Of a stretch of 64,000 bases of DNA, positions 54,929-64,000 are shown one piece after another. The translations under genes and the position numbers were made by a program. Numbering within the stretch: position 1 is the first letter of the stretch; every line of letters starts with the position of its first letter. Source of the DNA: Halieaceae bacterium (lineage in GTDB: Bacteria; Pseudomonadota; Gammaproteobacteria; Pseudomonadales; Halieaceae); contig JAHEEV010000008.1 in NCBI GenBank assembly GCA_024640505.1, positions 2,977 through 66,976 on the forward strand. The letters are read 5' to 3'. The notes below the pieces were generated by a model. The model searched no databases. It saw nothing but the letters and a program-made list of their open reading frames with translations, and was not told where the DNA came from.

Positions 54929-56652
54929 TCGTCGCTCGCAGTGTCCTGCCTTCATGCATGACCCGGAAAATCCGTCTTTCCGTCTGTTTTTCCATAGCGA
55001 GTATCTGCCTCGCGGGCGCGCTCAATGGCTGTAACTCCGCTGATGAAACTTTGGCCGAGCCCACCCCCGTGGGTGGTCCGCCGCTCATGCGTCGCCTGAC
55101 TGAATCCCAATACCGCGCCACCATCGCTGATATTTTTAGCGCCGAGATACCCATAGCAGCGCGCTTCGAACGCGGCGTCCGAGCGGATGGTCTGCTGGCC
55201 ATCGGCACCAGTGAGGCAGGCATGTCGCCTTTCAGCATAGAGCAGTACGACGCTGCCGCCCGCAGCGTGGCCAGTGCCGTGGTGAGCGAACAGTGGCGGA
55301 AACAGCTTGTTCCATGTCGACCACAGTCGGAGACCGTTTTTGATGAAGGGTGCGCCACAGCATTTGTCGAGCACTATGCTCCGAGACTCATGCGGCGAAC
55401 GCTATCCACGCAGGAGCTCCAACCCTATATCGAACTTGTTCGTCGCGGCCACAGGCAGCTGGATAATTTTTATGAAGGGCTGAAGTTCGCCTTGATCGGA
55501 ATGATGATGTCTCCGGAATTCCTGCTGAGGATTGAGAATACGGAGCCGGATACGGAGATGCCTGGTCTGTATCAGCTGGACGATTTTTCCAGGGCAACGC
55601 GCCTCAGCTATTTCCTCACAAACTCCACCCCGGACAGCGAATTACTCCGGGCTGCGGCAGCCGGTGAACTGAAAACCCGAGAGGGCCTGGCCGGACAGGT
55701 CGACCGATTGATTGCATCGCCGCGTTTTGAAGATGGGGTTCGCGCCTTTTTTACCGATATGCTTGAATTCGAGTTATTTGATGACCTGGCAAAGGATCCG
55801 GTTATCTACCCTGCGTTTAATTCCCAAGTGGCAGCCGAGGCGCAGGAACAGATTCTGCTGACGATCACTGACCAACTGATCGGGCGGAACGCAGACTACC
55901 GTGATCTGTTTATCACCCGCGATACCTATCTCACCAGGGACCTGGGTATTGTTTACCGACTGCCGGTCGCGACACGTAAAGGATGGGAGAAATCGGAATT
56001 CCCGCAGGATACCGGTCGCGCGGGAATTCATACCACTATCGGTTTTCTGGCTCTGCATTCACATCCGGGCAGATCCTCACCTACCCTTCGCGGCAAGGCG
56101 ATCCGGGAAGTCTTCCTGTGCCAGGAAGTGCCCGACCCGCCACCAAATGTCAATTTCAGCGTGGTTCAGGAGCCTACCAGCACCAACATGCCCACCGCCC
56201 GTGACAGGCTCGAGGAGCACAGGACACAGGCTGCCTGCGCTGGCTGCCATAAGATAATGGATCCACTGGGTTTGACGCTCGAAAACTTCGATGGCCTGGG
56301 CGCGTACCGCACGCGGGAAAATGGTGCACCGATAGATTCGAGTGGCTCGCTGGACGGCACTGAATTCAACACTGCTGAAGGCCTTGCGCAGGCACTGCAT
56401 GATCACCCCGAGACACCGCGCTGTCTGGTAGAAAAAATGTACCGGTTTGCCGTCGGACGGGATACCGTCTGGGAAGAGCGTCCGTATATGGACTATCTTG
56501 TAAAGATGTTCGAGGCTGAGAGCTACCGTGTACCTGAACTGATGCGAACGATTGTGCTGAGCAGGAATTTCTTCGCCATATCAGGCGTGCGGCAATATGG
56601 TGGGGAATTCCAGAATGCCGGCCTGAACATCCCGATGGAGGAAACACCGTGA
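54925..56652 (+). CDS. DUF1592/DUF1588-type lipoprotein with a haem-c (CxxCH) motif
   Basis: ATG at 54925 (or 54958). Lipobox-like LAGALNGC. C-terminal EHRTQAACAGCHKIMDPLGLTLENFDGLGAYR is the signature I associate with the DUF1588 part of the DUF1585/1587/1588/1592/1595 family. Confidence 0.75.
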   Translation: MIVARSVLPSCMTRKIRLSVCFSIASICLAGALNGCNSADETLAEPTPVGGPPLMRRLTESQYRATIADIFSAEIPIAARFERGVRADGLLAIGTSEAGMSPFSIEQYDAAARSVASAVVSEQWRKQLVPCRPQSETVFDEGCATAFVEHYAPRLMRRTLSTQELQPYIELVRRGHRQLDNFYEGLKFALIGMMMSPEFLLRIENTEPDTEMPGLYQLDDFSRATRLSYFLTNSTPDSELLRAAAAGELKTREGLAGQVDRLIASPRFEDGVRAFFTDMLEFELFDDLAKDPVIYPAFNSQVAAEAQEQILLTITDQLIGRNADYRDLFITRDTYLTRDLGIVYRLPVATRKGWEKSEFPQDTGRAGIHTTIGFLALHSHPGRSSPTLRGKAIREVFLCQEVPDPPPNVNFSVVQEPTSTNMPTARDRLEEHRTQAACAGCHKIMDPLGLTLENFDGLGAYRTRENGAPIDSSGSLDGTEFNTAEGLAQALHDHPETPRCLVEKMYRFAVGRDTVWEERPYMDYLVKMFEAESYRVPELMRTIVLSRNFFAISGVRQYGGEFQNAGLNIPMEETP

Positions 56653-57977
56653 AAAACCTTTCCCGGCGGACGGTGCTGAGAGGCGCCCTGAAAGGGGCCG
56701 GCGTCGGTGTCGCACTGCCCTTCCTCAATTGTTTCCTCGATGACAGTGGCAAAGCCTTCGCCGGCACGGGGCAGCGGCTACCCATGCGCTTCGGAACATG
56801 GATCTGGGGATGCGGGTTCATTCCCGAGCTGTGGATACCTGCCTCTACGGGAACAGATTATGAATTGCCGGCACATCTTCTGCCTCTGGAACCTTACCGC
56901 GACAGGCTCGCGCTACTGAGCGGCTTTGACGTCAAACTGGATGGCGTGCCGAACAAGCCACACATTACCGGTTGCTTCGGGCTGCGAACAGGCATCCCTG
57001 TTCCCGACAGTAACGTCAAGGCACCGACTATCGATGTACTGGTGAGCGATGCCATTGGGCGCAATACACGGTTTAAATCGCTGGAAATAAGCACCTCGGG
57101 TATCCAACGATCCTACTCCTATCGTAGCGCGGGTTCGCCCAATCCAAGCGAGATCTCCCCTATCGCACTCTATGAGAGAATTTTCGGCGAGGGTTTCCAG
57201 GATCCCGGTGCGGCCTCTTTCAAACCCGACACGCAGGATATGATTCATCACAGCGTCCTGTCTGCTGTGAGTGACGATAGACATCGGCTCATGAACGTCG
57301 TCGGCGCTGAAGATCGCGCTCGACTGGATGAATTTTTTACCTCTATCCGGCAGTTGGAACAGCAGATCGCCCTGCAACTCGAACCGCCGGCCCCGATCGA
57401 AAATTTCGTCAAGCCGGATGCACCGCCGCAGCTTACGCTGGATTCCGAGATGGGAAATGTCATGGAAACTCATCGGATCATGGCGGGGCTGCTGGCGAAG
57501 GCCTTACAGTGCAACCAGACACGGGTATTCAACGTTCTGTTTTCCGATACCACCTCAAACCTGCGCCGCCCTGGCACCACGACCACACATCACACGCTGA
57601 CTCACGAGGAACCGCTGGATCCCGAGCTGGGTCACCAGAGAGAAGTGGCGTGGTTTGCACGGGAGAGTATGGTGGCGTGGCGCGAATTCCTCGACGAACT
57701 TGCCGGCATTCCCGAAGGCGACGGGACCCTGCTCGATAACTGTCTCGTCCTGGCTCATTCCGATTGTTCGATCGCCAAAGCACATGCCGTTGAGGGCATT
57801 CCCACCATGATTGCCGGCGGCGGAGGTCTGTTGCGCACCGGAGTACACCTGGCCGGCAAGGGAGACCCCATCTCACGGGTCGGGCTGACGGTTCAGCAGG
57901 CAATGGGTCTGCAGGTAGAGCGCTGGGGATCGTTATCCATGGAGACCAACCGGACTATCACGGAACTATTATCTTGA
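56649..57977 (+). CDS. DUF1552 (HXXSHH family) protein with twin-arginine signal peptide
   Basis: GTGA overlap with the previous gene, GGAG 8 nt upstream. TAT motif SRRTVLRGALKGAGVGVALPFL. His-rich THHTLTHEE at the position of the family motif. Confidence 0.8.
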   Translation: MKNLSRRTVLRGALKGAGVGVALPFLNCFLDDSGKAFAGTGQRLPMRFGTWIWGCGFIPELWIPASTGTDYELPAHLLPLEPYRDRLALLSGFDVKLDGVPNKPHITGCFGLRTGIPVPDSNVKAPTIDVLVSDAIGRNTRFKSLEISTSGIQRSYSYRSAGSPNPSEISPIALYERIFGEGFQDPGAASFKPDTQDMIHHSVLSAVSDDRHRLMNVVGAEDRARLDEFFTSIRQLEQQIALQLEPPAPIENFVKPDAPPQLTLDSEMGNVMETHRIMAGLLAKALQCNQTRVFNVLFSDTTSNLRRPGTTTTHHTLTHEEPLDPELGHQREVAWFARESMVAWREFLDELAGIPEGDGTLLDNCLVLAHSDCSIAKAHAVEGIPTMIAGGGGLLRTGVHLAGKGDPISRVGLTVQQAMGLQVERWGSLSMETNRTITELLS

Positions 57978-58228
57978 AATTGACACTTGCGCCAGCGCTG
58001 GACAGCCATGAAGGCCGGTACCGGCAACTTTTACGGTGTGCCGCCGGCGGGAAACATGTTATATAAGTTACGGTTGATTTACAGGCAGCATGTACAGGAT
58101 TAAAGCCGGCCTACCGAATATTCCTGATCAATCAGTCGGTGATAATGAGAGAATGCCAAGAGAATAAACCTTGAAAGCCAGATAAGAAAATCCCGCTAAA
58201 ATCATAATACTCCACAGGAGATAATAAG

Positions 58229-60895
58229 ATGTCCCATATCCTCAAGAGATCAATTAAAAAGTACGTGCAACAGCTGGCAGCCGGCTCTGCATCGGTGGCA
58301 TTGATGCCAGGAGCAATACTCGCCCAGACAGTGAACGCTCCCGACGGTAGCGGGAGCCTCGAAGAGATCGTGGTTACGGGTACGCTGATTCGCGGCGTGG
58401 AGGCGGTCGGCTCGCAGACGATCGGCCTCGACCGTGAGGCCATTATCGAAAGCGGGGCAGTAACGACCAACGAGTTGCTCGCCACCGTGCCGCAGGTCTC
58501 TAACTTTTTCAACCAGAGACCGGAACAGGATCCAAGGGGTGCCAACCGGTTACAGGTCAATCGTCCGAATTTGCGGAACCTGCCCGGCATCAACTCGGCC
58601 ACCGGCGCCACGACGCTGATTCTGGTGGATGGTTATCGCATCGCCCCCGTAGGCGTCGACCAGGCATCGCCGGACCCTGATATCGTCCCCGGTTTCGCTA
58701 TCGAGCGGGTAGGGGTGATTACAGACGGCGGCTCGTCTCTGTACGGTGCGGACGCCGTCGGAGGTGTGATTAACTTCATCACAAGAAATGACTTTGATGG
58801 TGTCCAGATCGACCTCGGTTATGATATCGCCGACGATTACGACGGCTGGCAGGCGTCGTTCACCGGGGGCACCAGCTGGGAGAATGGCTCCGGTTATATC
58901 TCGCTGGGCACAACGGATCGCGATCAGATCAATACCGGTGACAGGGACTGGGCCGCCGCTGGCGACTGGAATGAAGAGGGTACCGTCCTGACACCCGATG
59001 GTACGGAGTGTGTGACCCCGGTTGGCGCCGTGACCACGTGGTACTGGTATGGCGCGGGATGGACCGACAACCCGGCCGCGCCGGGCGCGGGCGTTAGACC
59101 GGTGGGTGATCCCTGCGATATCAGGGCGGAAGACGCCCTGCTGCCCGAGCAGACCCGCGACAATTTTTTTGCAGGGTTTACGCAGAACCTCGGTGACATA
59201 TTTACGCTCAAGCTGAAAACCTACTACATGAACCGTACTACCAAATACGGCACCTATCCCATTGGCAGCACCATCGCAGAACCAAATCCTACTGAGCAAG
59301 GCCTGGTGGGTGAAAATAGCGGAGACCTGTTTGACACGGCACAAGTGGGATTTTCCTATGGCGCCCATCCCGACTACCGGAACCGGAGTCTGGAAAACGA
59401 TATCGAGACCTGGGGTATCATCCCCGAGCTGACGGTTGACCTGGGCAGTAGTTGGCAGTGGCGTAATACTTTCTACTATGGTGAATCTGACAACAAAACC
59501 AACGACCCCAATGTAAACCTCGAGAAACAGGGCGCCGCCGTCGCAGCTGGTCTGCTTGATCCACTGGACGTCGCCGCTGCAGACGCCAGTCTGATCGACG
59601 ACATCCTGGATTGGGAGACCGCCAGCAAAACAGAACAGGAGTTGTGGTATATCCGCTCGATCGCCGACGGTGAAGTGATGGACCTGCCCGCCGGTAAGCT
59701 GAGAGCCGCTGTTGGTGTGGAGTATTCTCAGGAAGAGGCGAAGAAGCGCAAAGGCGATGTCGAGCGAGGCAACCTGAACGCGTTGGAGCAAAAAAAGGAT
59801 GACCGCGACGTCACATCTGTCTTTGGCGAGTTGTCGGTGCCCGTGTTCGAGTCACTGGCCCTGTCGTTATCAGTACGCTATGACGACTACAGTGATTTTG
59901 GTGATACGACCAACCCCCAGATCGGCTTCGATTTCATCCCCTTTGATTGGCTGACAATCTATGGCAAATGGGGTGAGTCTTTCAATGCACCGACCGTGCT
60001 CGATAGCATCACGCCAGGGTTTGGTCGATACATTTTCGATGCAGCTGCAGGCGTGCCGGACCCCAATATGGAGAGGACCAACCCCAATCGCGACGACGTG
60101 TTCCTCCTCGAAGGTTCCGGCGGTGCGCTGGCCCCTCAAACGGCTGAAATCTGGGCCGGCGGCTTCGAGATACGGCCACTGGAAGGTCTGTCGCTGAACC
60201 TTCACTACTACGACATCGAATTCAACGAGCTGCTGGCTTCAGTCAACCCGCAGCTTTCCACGGCGGTGCTCCTGAACCCGGACAAGTTCATCTTTGAACC
60301 GACCCAGGCGGAATGGGACGAATTCGTCGCGGCTGTCGACGACCCGGGAGTCGTTCCCGCCACGGTGGGTGCTGACGACGTGGGCGTGATTGTCGACAGA
60401 AGGCTCTCAAATACGGAGGAAGCAGCGCTCAAGGGTATCGACTTTGGCATCCACTATTTTCATGACACCCGTTTCGGCTCGATGTCATACGGGCTCACGG
60501 GCAACTATCAAACGGAGTTTGACCTCAGCCAAAGTGGCGTTGCGGTAGATCAGCTGGACTATAACCCTGATCTATTCCTGTCGGGCAACATTGGCTGGAG
60601 CAGAAACAATATACGAGCCAGCCTGACGCTCCTGTACACTGATGAATACGATGCCGACCCGGGTATCGCGGTCAACCAGACCAAGGTGGATGAATTTCTC
60701 AATACCAGGCTGTTTGTCGGGTATGACTTCGACAGTAACTCGGGTATCACCCAAGGTCTGTCACTGCGTCTGACTGTAGACAACCTTTTCGACGAAGACC
60801 CCCCCGAATATCGGGTGCAGAAGAACCTCAGCTATTCCCCCACCGGCTTTACGCTGGGTCGGATGTTTAAATTCGGTCTTACCAAAAGGTTCTGA
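58229..60895 (+). CDS. TonB-dependent outer-membrane receptor
   Basis: SD AGGAG upstream. Signal peptide ending ILAQT. Plug LEEIVVTGTLIRG ... IERVGVITDGGSSLYGADAVGGVINF. Terminal ...MFKFGLTKRF. Confidence 0.9.
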   Translation: MSHILKRSIKKYVQQLAAGSASVALMPGAILAQTVNAPDGSGSLEEIVVTGTLIRGVEAVGSQTIGLDREAIIESGAVTTNELLATVPQVSNFFNQRPEQDPRGANRLQVNRPNLRNLPGINSATGATTLILVDGYRIAPVGVDQASPDPDIVPGFAIERVGVITDGGSSLYGADAVGGVINFITRNDFDGVQIDLGYDIADDYDGWQASFTGGTSWENGSGYISLGTTDRDQINTGDRDWAAAGDWNEEGTVLTPDGTECVTPVGAVTTWYWYGAGWTDNPAAPGAGVRPVGDPCDIRAEDALLPEQTRDNFFAGFTQNLGDIFTLKLKTYYMNRTTKYGTYPIGSTIAEPNPTEQGLVGENSGDLFDTAQVGFSYGAHPDYRNRSLENDIETWGIIPELTVDLGSSWQWRNTFYYGESDNKTNDPNVNLEKQGAAVAAGLLDPLDVAAADASLIDDILDWETASKTEQELWYIRSIADGEVMDLPAGKLRAAVGVEYSQEEAKKRKGDVERGNLNALEQKKDDRDVTSVFGELSVPVFESLALSLSVRYDDYSDFGDTTNPQIGFDFIPFDWLTIYGKWGESFNAPTVLDSITPGFGRYIFDAAAGVPDPNMERTNPNRDDVFLLEGSGGALAPQTAEIWAGGFEIRPLEGLSLNLHYYDIEFNELLASVNPQLSTAVLLNPDKFIFEPTQAEWDEFVAAVDDPGVVPATVGADDVGVIVDRRLSNTEEAALKGIDFGIHYFHDTRFGSMSYGLTGNYQTEFDLSQSGVAVDQLDYNPDLFLSGNIGWSRNNIRASLTLLYTDEYDADPGIAVNQTKVDEFLNTRLFVGYDFDSNSGITQGLSLRLTVDNLFDEDPPEYRVQKNLSYSPTGFTLGRMFKFGLTKRF

Positions 60896-60914
60896 TCGTG
60901 GGAATAGCCAGATC

Positions 60915-60945
60915 AAAACCGGGCTGATAACAGCCCGGTTTTTTT
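60915..60945 (+). terminator. Rho-independent terminator
   Basis: AAAACCGGGCTG-ATAA-CAGCCCGGTTTT forms a 12-bp perfect stem with a 4-nt loop, running into TTTTTTT. It begins 20 bp after the receptor stop. Confidence 0.8.
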
Positions 60946-61019
60946 ATACGTTTCCAACGCAATGCATTACCCCACTCTCGCCACCGGTCCGTCCGGAGCA
61001 AACTGCAGATAGTCTCCCT

Positions 61020-62948
61020 ATGCGACAGCAACGATCCTACGAGAGAAAACATCACTACTTGATGTTACGCAGGCTTGCCGCAGGGATGGCCGCCAACATG
61101 TTGTGCGCTATGCTGATACCTGCCAGCCACGCAGATGACGAGACCAACACTGGCGATGCTGCCTCGAATGATGCCAAAACGGCCCACTACTCCCCCTCCC
61201 TGCGCCAGCCGCCTGAGAAAAACCTTTATTGGGGTGACCTTCACCTGCACACCCGGCTCTCTATGGACGCGTACCTCAACGGGACAAGGAATCTCGGACA
61301 GGAGGCGGCCTATCGCTTTGCCATGGGTGAAGCGGTTGTTGCCGACAATGGCGTAAACGCGAAACTGCGTCGACCGCTGGATTTCCTGGCGGTGACTGAC
61401 CATAGTGAAAACATGGGTCTTTACGTGAGTATTGCCGCAGGGGACCCCAGGGTGATCGGGCAGCCAGTCGGAGATCGCTGGATGGAAGTGCTCGATCTCG
61501 TCGACAGTGTCGGCCTGCGCAATGCGTTCATGACGGTCATGGGAAATTCCGGCCCCATGCCCGACCTGCCTGAGGACCTGCAGCGATCAATCTGGCGCGA
61601 CGTGACGCGGCTTGCCGATAAGTTCTATCAGCCGGGTCGCTTTACCACGCTCATAGGCTACGAGTGGACGTCCATGATTGACGGCAACAATCTTCACCGC
61701 GTGGTGCTGTTTCGCGATAATGCGGAGAAGACAGGCAATGTGTTGCCTATCAGCGCCCAACGGGATCCCGACCCGGAGAGTCTCTGGTCCGGGCTGGCCC
61801 GTTATGAGGAGAGTGGCGGCAAAGTGCTGGCCATTGCTCACAATGGCAATCTCTCCAACGGGAGCATGTTTTCTCCCGACCGAATCAACGGCCAGCCGTT
61901 GGACCCTCAATATGCGAAGACACGGGCGCGCTGGGAGCCGGTCTACGAGGTCACCCAGGTCAAGGGAGATGCTGAAACGCATCCTTACCTCTCTCCGACC
62001 GATGAATTTGCAGATTTCGAGACCTGGGACAAGACCAATGTCGCCAATACAGCGCCCAAGGAAACCGGGATGCTGCGCTACGAGTATGCGCGCGCGGCCC
62101 TCGCGGAAGGGCTGAGGCACGAACAGTCCCTGGAAGCCAACCCCTTCAAGTTCGGCATGATCGGCAGCAGCGACAGTCACACCAGCCTGTCCACTACTAC
62201 CGAAGACAACTTCTTCGGAAAGTTCAGGGGCTCTGAACCCTCGCCGGAGCGCTATCTTGCAACAATGAGCGGCCAGGTCGAGCGCAACTGGGAATTGGGG
62301 GCGTCAGGTCTTGCCGCCGTCTGGGCACTGGAAAACACGCGGGAGGCGATTTTTGATGCGATCCTTCGCCGTGAAGTCTATGCCACCAGCGGCAGCCGCA
62401 TTCGCCTGCGCTTTTTCGGCGGCTGGAATTTTCACGAAGAGGACATCGATCGGGCGGACTACGCCCGCTTTGGCTATCGTCATGGGGTACCCATGGGCAG
62501 TGACCTTCCGCCGCGTGATCAGGGCAGGTCGCCCACTTTCCTGATTCATGCAGCGCGCGATATTGACTCCGCCTTCCTCGACCGGGTACAGGTGGTTAAG
62601 GGCTGGTTGAACGAAAACGGCGGTACTCAGGAAAAGGTTTACGATGTCGCCCTGTCCGACGGCCGAGCGACAGGAGTCAATAATGAGCTGGATCCCGTCG
62701 GCTCTACCGTTGACCTCAGGGAGGCCAGCTACAGTAATTCGATTGGGGATCCGGAATTGGCAAGCTGGTGGCGCGACCCCGACTTCGACCCATCGCAGCC
62801 GGCATTCTACTATGTACGCGTACTGGAAATTCCTACCCCGCGCTGGACCACCCATGACGCTGCTTTTTTCGGCACTGAGTTGCCGCCGGAAATACCTCGC
62901 TCGGTACAGGATCGCGCCTATAGTTCACCGATCTGGTACAGCCCCTGA
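61020..62948 (+). CDS. DUF3604 family protein (PHP-like metal-dependent hydrolase fold), exported
   Basis: YWGDLHLHTRLSMDAY near the N-terminus is the DUF3604/PHP-type HxH signature. A signal-like MLRRLAAGMAANMLCAMLIPASHA suggests the real start may be the ATG at 61062. Confidence 0.8.
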   Translation: MRQQRSYERKHHYLMLRRLAAGMAANMLCAMLIPASHADDETNTGDAASNDAKTAHYSPSLRQPPEKNLYWGDLHLHTRLSMDAYLNGTRNLGQEAAYRFAMGEAVVADNGVNAKLRRPLDFLAVTDHSENMGLYVSIAAGDPRVIGQPVGDRWMEVLDLVDSVGLRNAFMTVMGNSGPMPDLPEDLQRSIWRDVTRLADKFYQPGRFTTLIGYEWTSMIDGNNLHRVVLFRDNAEKTGNVLPISAQRDPDPESLWSGLARYEESGGKVLAIAHNGNLSNGSMFSPDRINGQPLDPQYAKTRARWEPVYEVTQVKGDAETHPYLSPTDEFADFETWDKTNVANTAPKETGMLRYEYARAALAEGLRHEQSLEANPFKFGMIGSSDSHTSLSTTTEDNFFGKFRGSEPSPERYLATMSGQVERNWELGASGLAAVWALENTREAIFDAILRREVYATSGSRIRLRFFGGWNFHEEDIDRADYARFGYRHGVPMGSDLPPRDQGRSPTFLIHAARDIDSAFLDRVQVVKGWLNENGGTQEKVYDVALSDGRATGVNNELDPVGSTVDLREASYSNSIGDPELASWWRDPDFDPSQPAFYYVRVLEIPTPRWTTHDAAFFGTELPPEIPRSVQDRAYSSPIWYSP

Positions 62949-64000
62949 AACGTTGGCGCCACCGGGATTCTTACGGTCACCCTGGTGCTTCCCCGCGGGC
63001 CGGGGAGGAACTGCGGTTCTCATTTTGAACTCGAGCACGTTATCGGGTACTTCAATGTCCGGGTCATAAAAGTTCTTCTCCAGAAATGCCTCGACCCGGT
63101 CATTCACCTCGGGAACCCCGGCAGCGAAATCGCCGTGACCGCCGCCTTCGATAGTCTGGAAAATAACCGGGACGCCAGCTTCTACAAGCGCGGCCTCCAA
63201 CTGTACCGATTGGTTGTAGTCCACCAGGGGGTCTCTGGTCCCATGCACGATCAGAAAGGGCACATCGCTGCTATCAACATGAGAGACAGGTGAAGCTTCC
63301 GCAGCGAGCCGGGGGCTCTCCTGGGGCGTTGCACCGAGTAAGCGGGTGACCACCGAGGGGTTGCCGAGAGGATCTTTACCATCTTCGCTGCGCAAATCTA
63401 CTGGCCCAAAGAAATCCACGACACATTGCACGTCGCTGGATTGGTCTGTGTGATCGCCAAGTTCACCTTCCAGGCTGATGACGTCATTGGTGGCACCCAG
63501 CATAGCCGCCAGGTGGCCACCCGCCGAAGGACCAAAAGCACAGATTCGGGAAGGGTCGAGTCCGTAGTCCTTGGCGTTCGCCCTGATCCAGCGAATACCC
63601 GCCTTTACGTCATGGATCTGTGCAGGCCATCTGTCCTGCCATGACAACCTGTAGCCGATGGACACCGCTGCATAGCGACCGGTTGCCACCAGTGGAAGCA
63701 TCTGCGCACGCGCCATCACTTTGCTACCCATCGTCCAGCCCCCGCCGTGGATGTAGGCTATTACCGGCAGTGGCCGCCCCCCCTCCGGTTCCCCGGGGAG
63801 AAAGAGATCCAGCTGCTGCCGCGGGTCATGTGTCGCAGCATAGGGCAGATCCTCGATAAGATTGATGCTTTCCGGTATCGCCATGCTTGCCGCATTTCCG
63901 GGATCCAGGTCATAACCCGCATATTCAGTGAGCGATATGTTGCCGTCGCCGTCGGCGTCGTGTGCCGCCATGACCATCGCCTGGTAAGGATGAAGCTCCG
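62925..64000 (-). CDS. Alpha/beta hydrolase (esterase/lipase type) with N-terminal EF-hand loop; 5' end may lie beyond the window
   Basis: HGGGW oxyanion motif, nucleophile elbow GPSAGG, later HGTRD. Canonical 12-residue EF-hand loop DADGDGNISLTE. An ATG exists at 63977 but the frame stays open to position 64000. Confidence 0.8.
   Translation of the reverse strand, partial: ELHPYQAMVMAAHDADGDGNISLTEYAGYDLDPGNAASMAIPESINLIEDLPYAATHDPRQQLDLFLPGEPEGGRPLPVIAYIHGGGWTMGSKVMARAQMLPLVATGRYAAVSIGYRLSWQDRWPAQIHDVKAGIRWIRANAKDYGLDPSRICAFGPSAGGHLAAMLGATNDVISLEGELGDHTDQSSDVQCVVDFFGPVDLRSEDGKDPLGNPSVVTRLLGATPQESPRLAAEASPVSHVDSSDVPFLIVHGTRDPLVDYNQSVQLEAALVEAGVPVIFQTIEGGGHGDFAAGVPEVNDRVEAFLEKNFYDPDIEVPDNVLEFKMRTAVPPRPAGKHQGDRKNPGGANVSGAVPDR

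Noticed and set aside
58060-58228. AT-rich 170-bp leader of the second TonB receptor, examined as a possible cobalamin riboswitch or Fur box (GATAATGAGAGAATGCC; AAGCCAGATAAG).
   Set aside because: About half of the 19-bp Fur consensus matches at most. The B12-box-like string lacks the GC-rich conserved core (…GCCACUG…, AGACCUGCC) and the paired elements of a cobalamin riboswitch. A weak CAGTCGGT similarity to site c has no matching second half-site.
1-64000. Search by eye for CRISPR repeats, tRNA/rRNA genes, IS elements, integrases, phage genes, known anti-phage defence genes and secondary-metabolite core enzymes (PKS/NRPS/RiPP).
   Set aside because: None seen. The only repeats are the short operator-type palindromes and the 11-bp tandem repeat. 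The only addiction or defence-type module is the VapBC-like pair. A proper tRNAscan/Infernal/defence-finder run would be needed to exclude small or divergent elements.

Overview
GC-rich bacterial chromosomal window with about 57 protein-coding genes, mostly in short, tight operons. By eye I found no rRNA, tRNA, CRISPR array, transposase or integrase. The gene content (TonB-dependent receptors, DUF1552/DUF1588, DUF3604, actinobacterial-type lipid-catabolic genes) suggests a marine Gammaproteobacterium, but that is inference only.

Layout:
(i) 0-15.3 kb, envelope and housekeeping genes: NodB deacetylase, Bax-like glucosaminidase, an Omp85-like barrel, a MarR-MFP-RND efflux operon, a CPA1 cation/proton antiporter, a PQQ quinohaemoprotein alcohol dehydrogenase and two small stress-type proteins.
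(ii) 15.4-51.5 kb, an oxygenase-rich catabolic supercluster. It holds 2 carotenoid-cleavage-type oxygenases, 3 Rieske oxygenase alpha subunits, a P450, a luciferase-like and an ABM monooxygenase, a stand-alone cytoplasmic molybdopterin oxidoreductase, 6 SDRs and 2 MDR enzymes. It also holds 2 NTF2/SnoaL proteins, 2 acyl-CoA dehydrogenases, an acyl-CoA synthetase, an SCP-x thiolase + DUF35 pair, a TPP E1ab/E2 set, a ThuA-like protein, a TetR regulator and a TonB-dependent receptor. A VapBC-type toxin-antitoxin pair interrupts it.
(iii) 51.6-64 kb: a TetR + tri-haem cytochrome c unit, divergent from a translationally coupled operon (unknown exported protein, DUF1592/DUF1588 haem-c lipoprotein, TAT-exported DUF1552). 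This is followed by a second TonB-dependent receptor, DUF3604 and an EF-hand esterase.

Most interesting observations:
(a) An 18-bp palindrome AAACAG-N6-CTGTTT occurs in six promoter regions, including the one in front of the TetR gene at 32982. It appears to tie at least 9 transcription units of the supercluster into one regulon.
(b) The supercluster composition points to catabolism of a large hydrophobic polyene, isoprenoid or stilbenoid-type substrate. None of the four oxygenases that need them has a redox partner in the window.
(c) The TetR / tri-haem cytochrome / unknown protein / DUF1588 / DUF1552 locus is a candidate uncharacterised periplasmic redox module.

All functional calls rest on motif recognition by eye. 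No database search was run.
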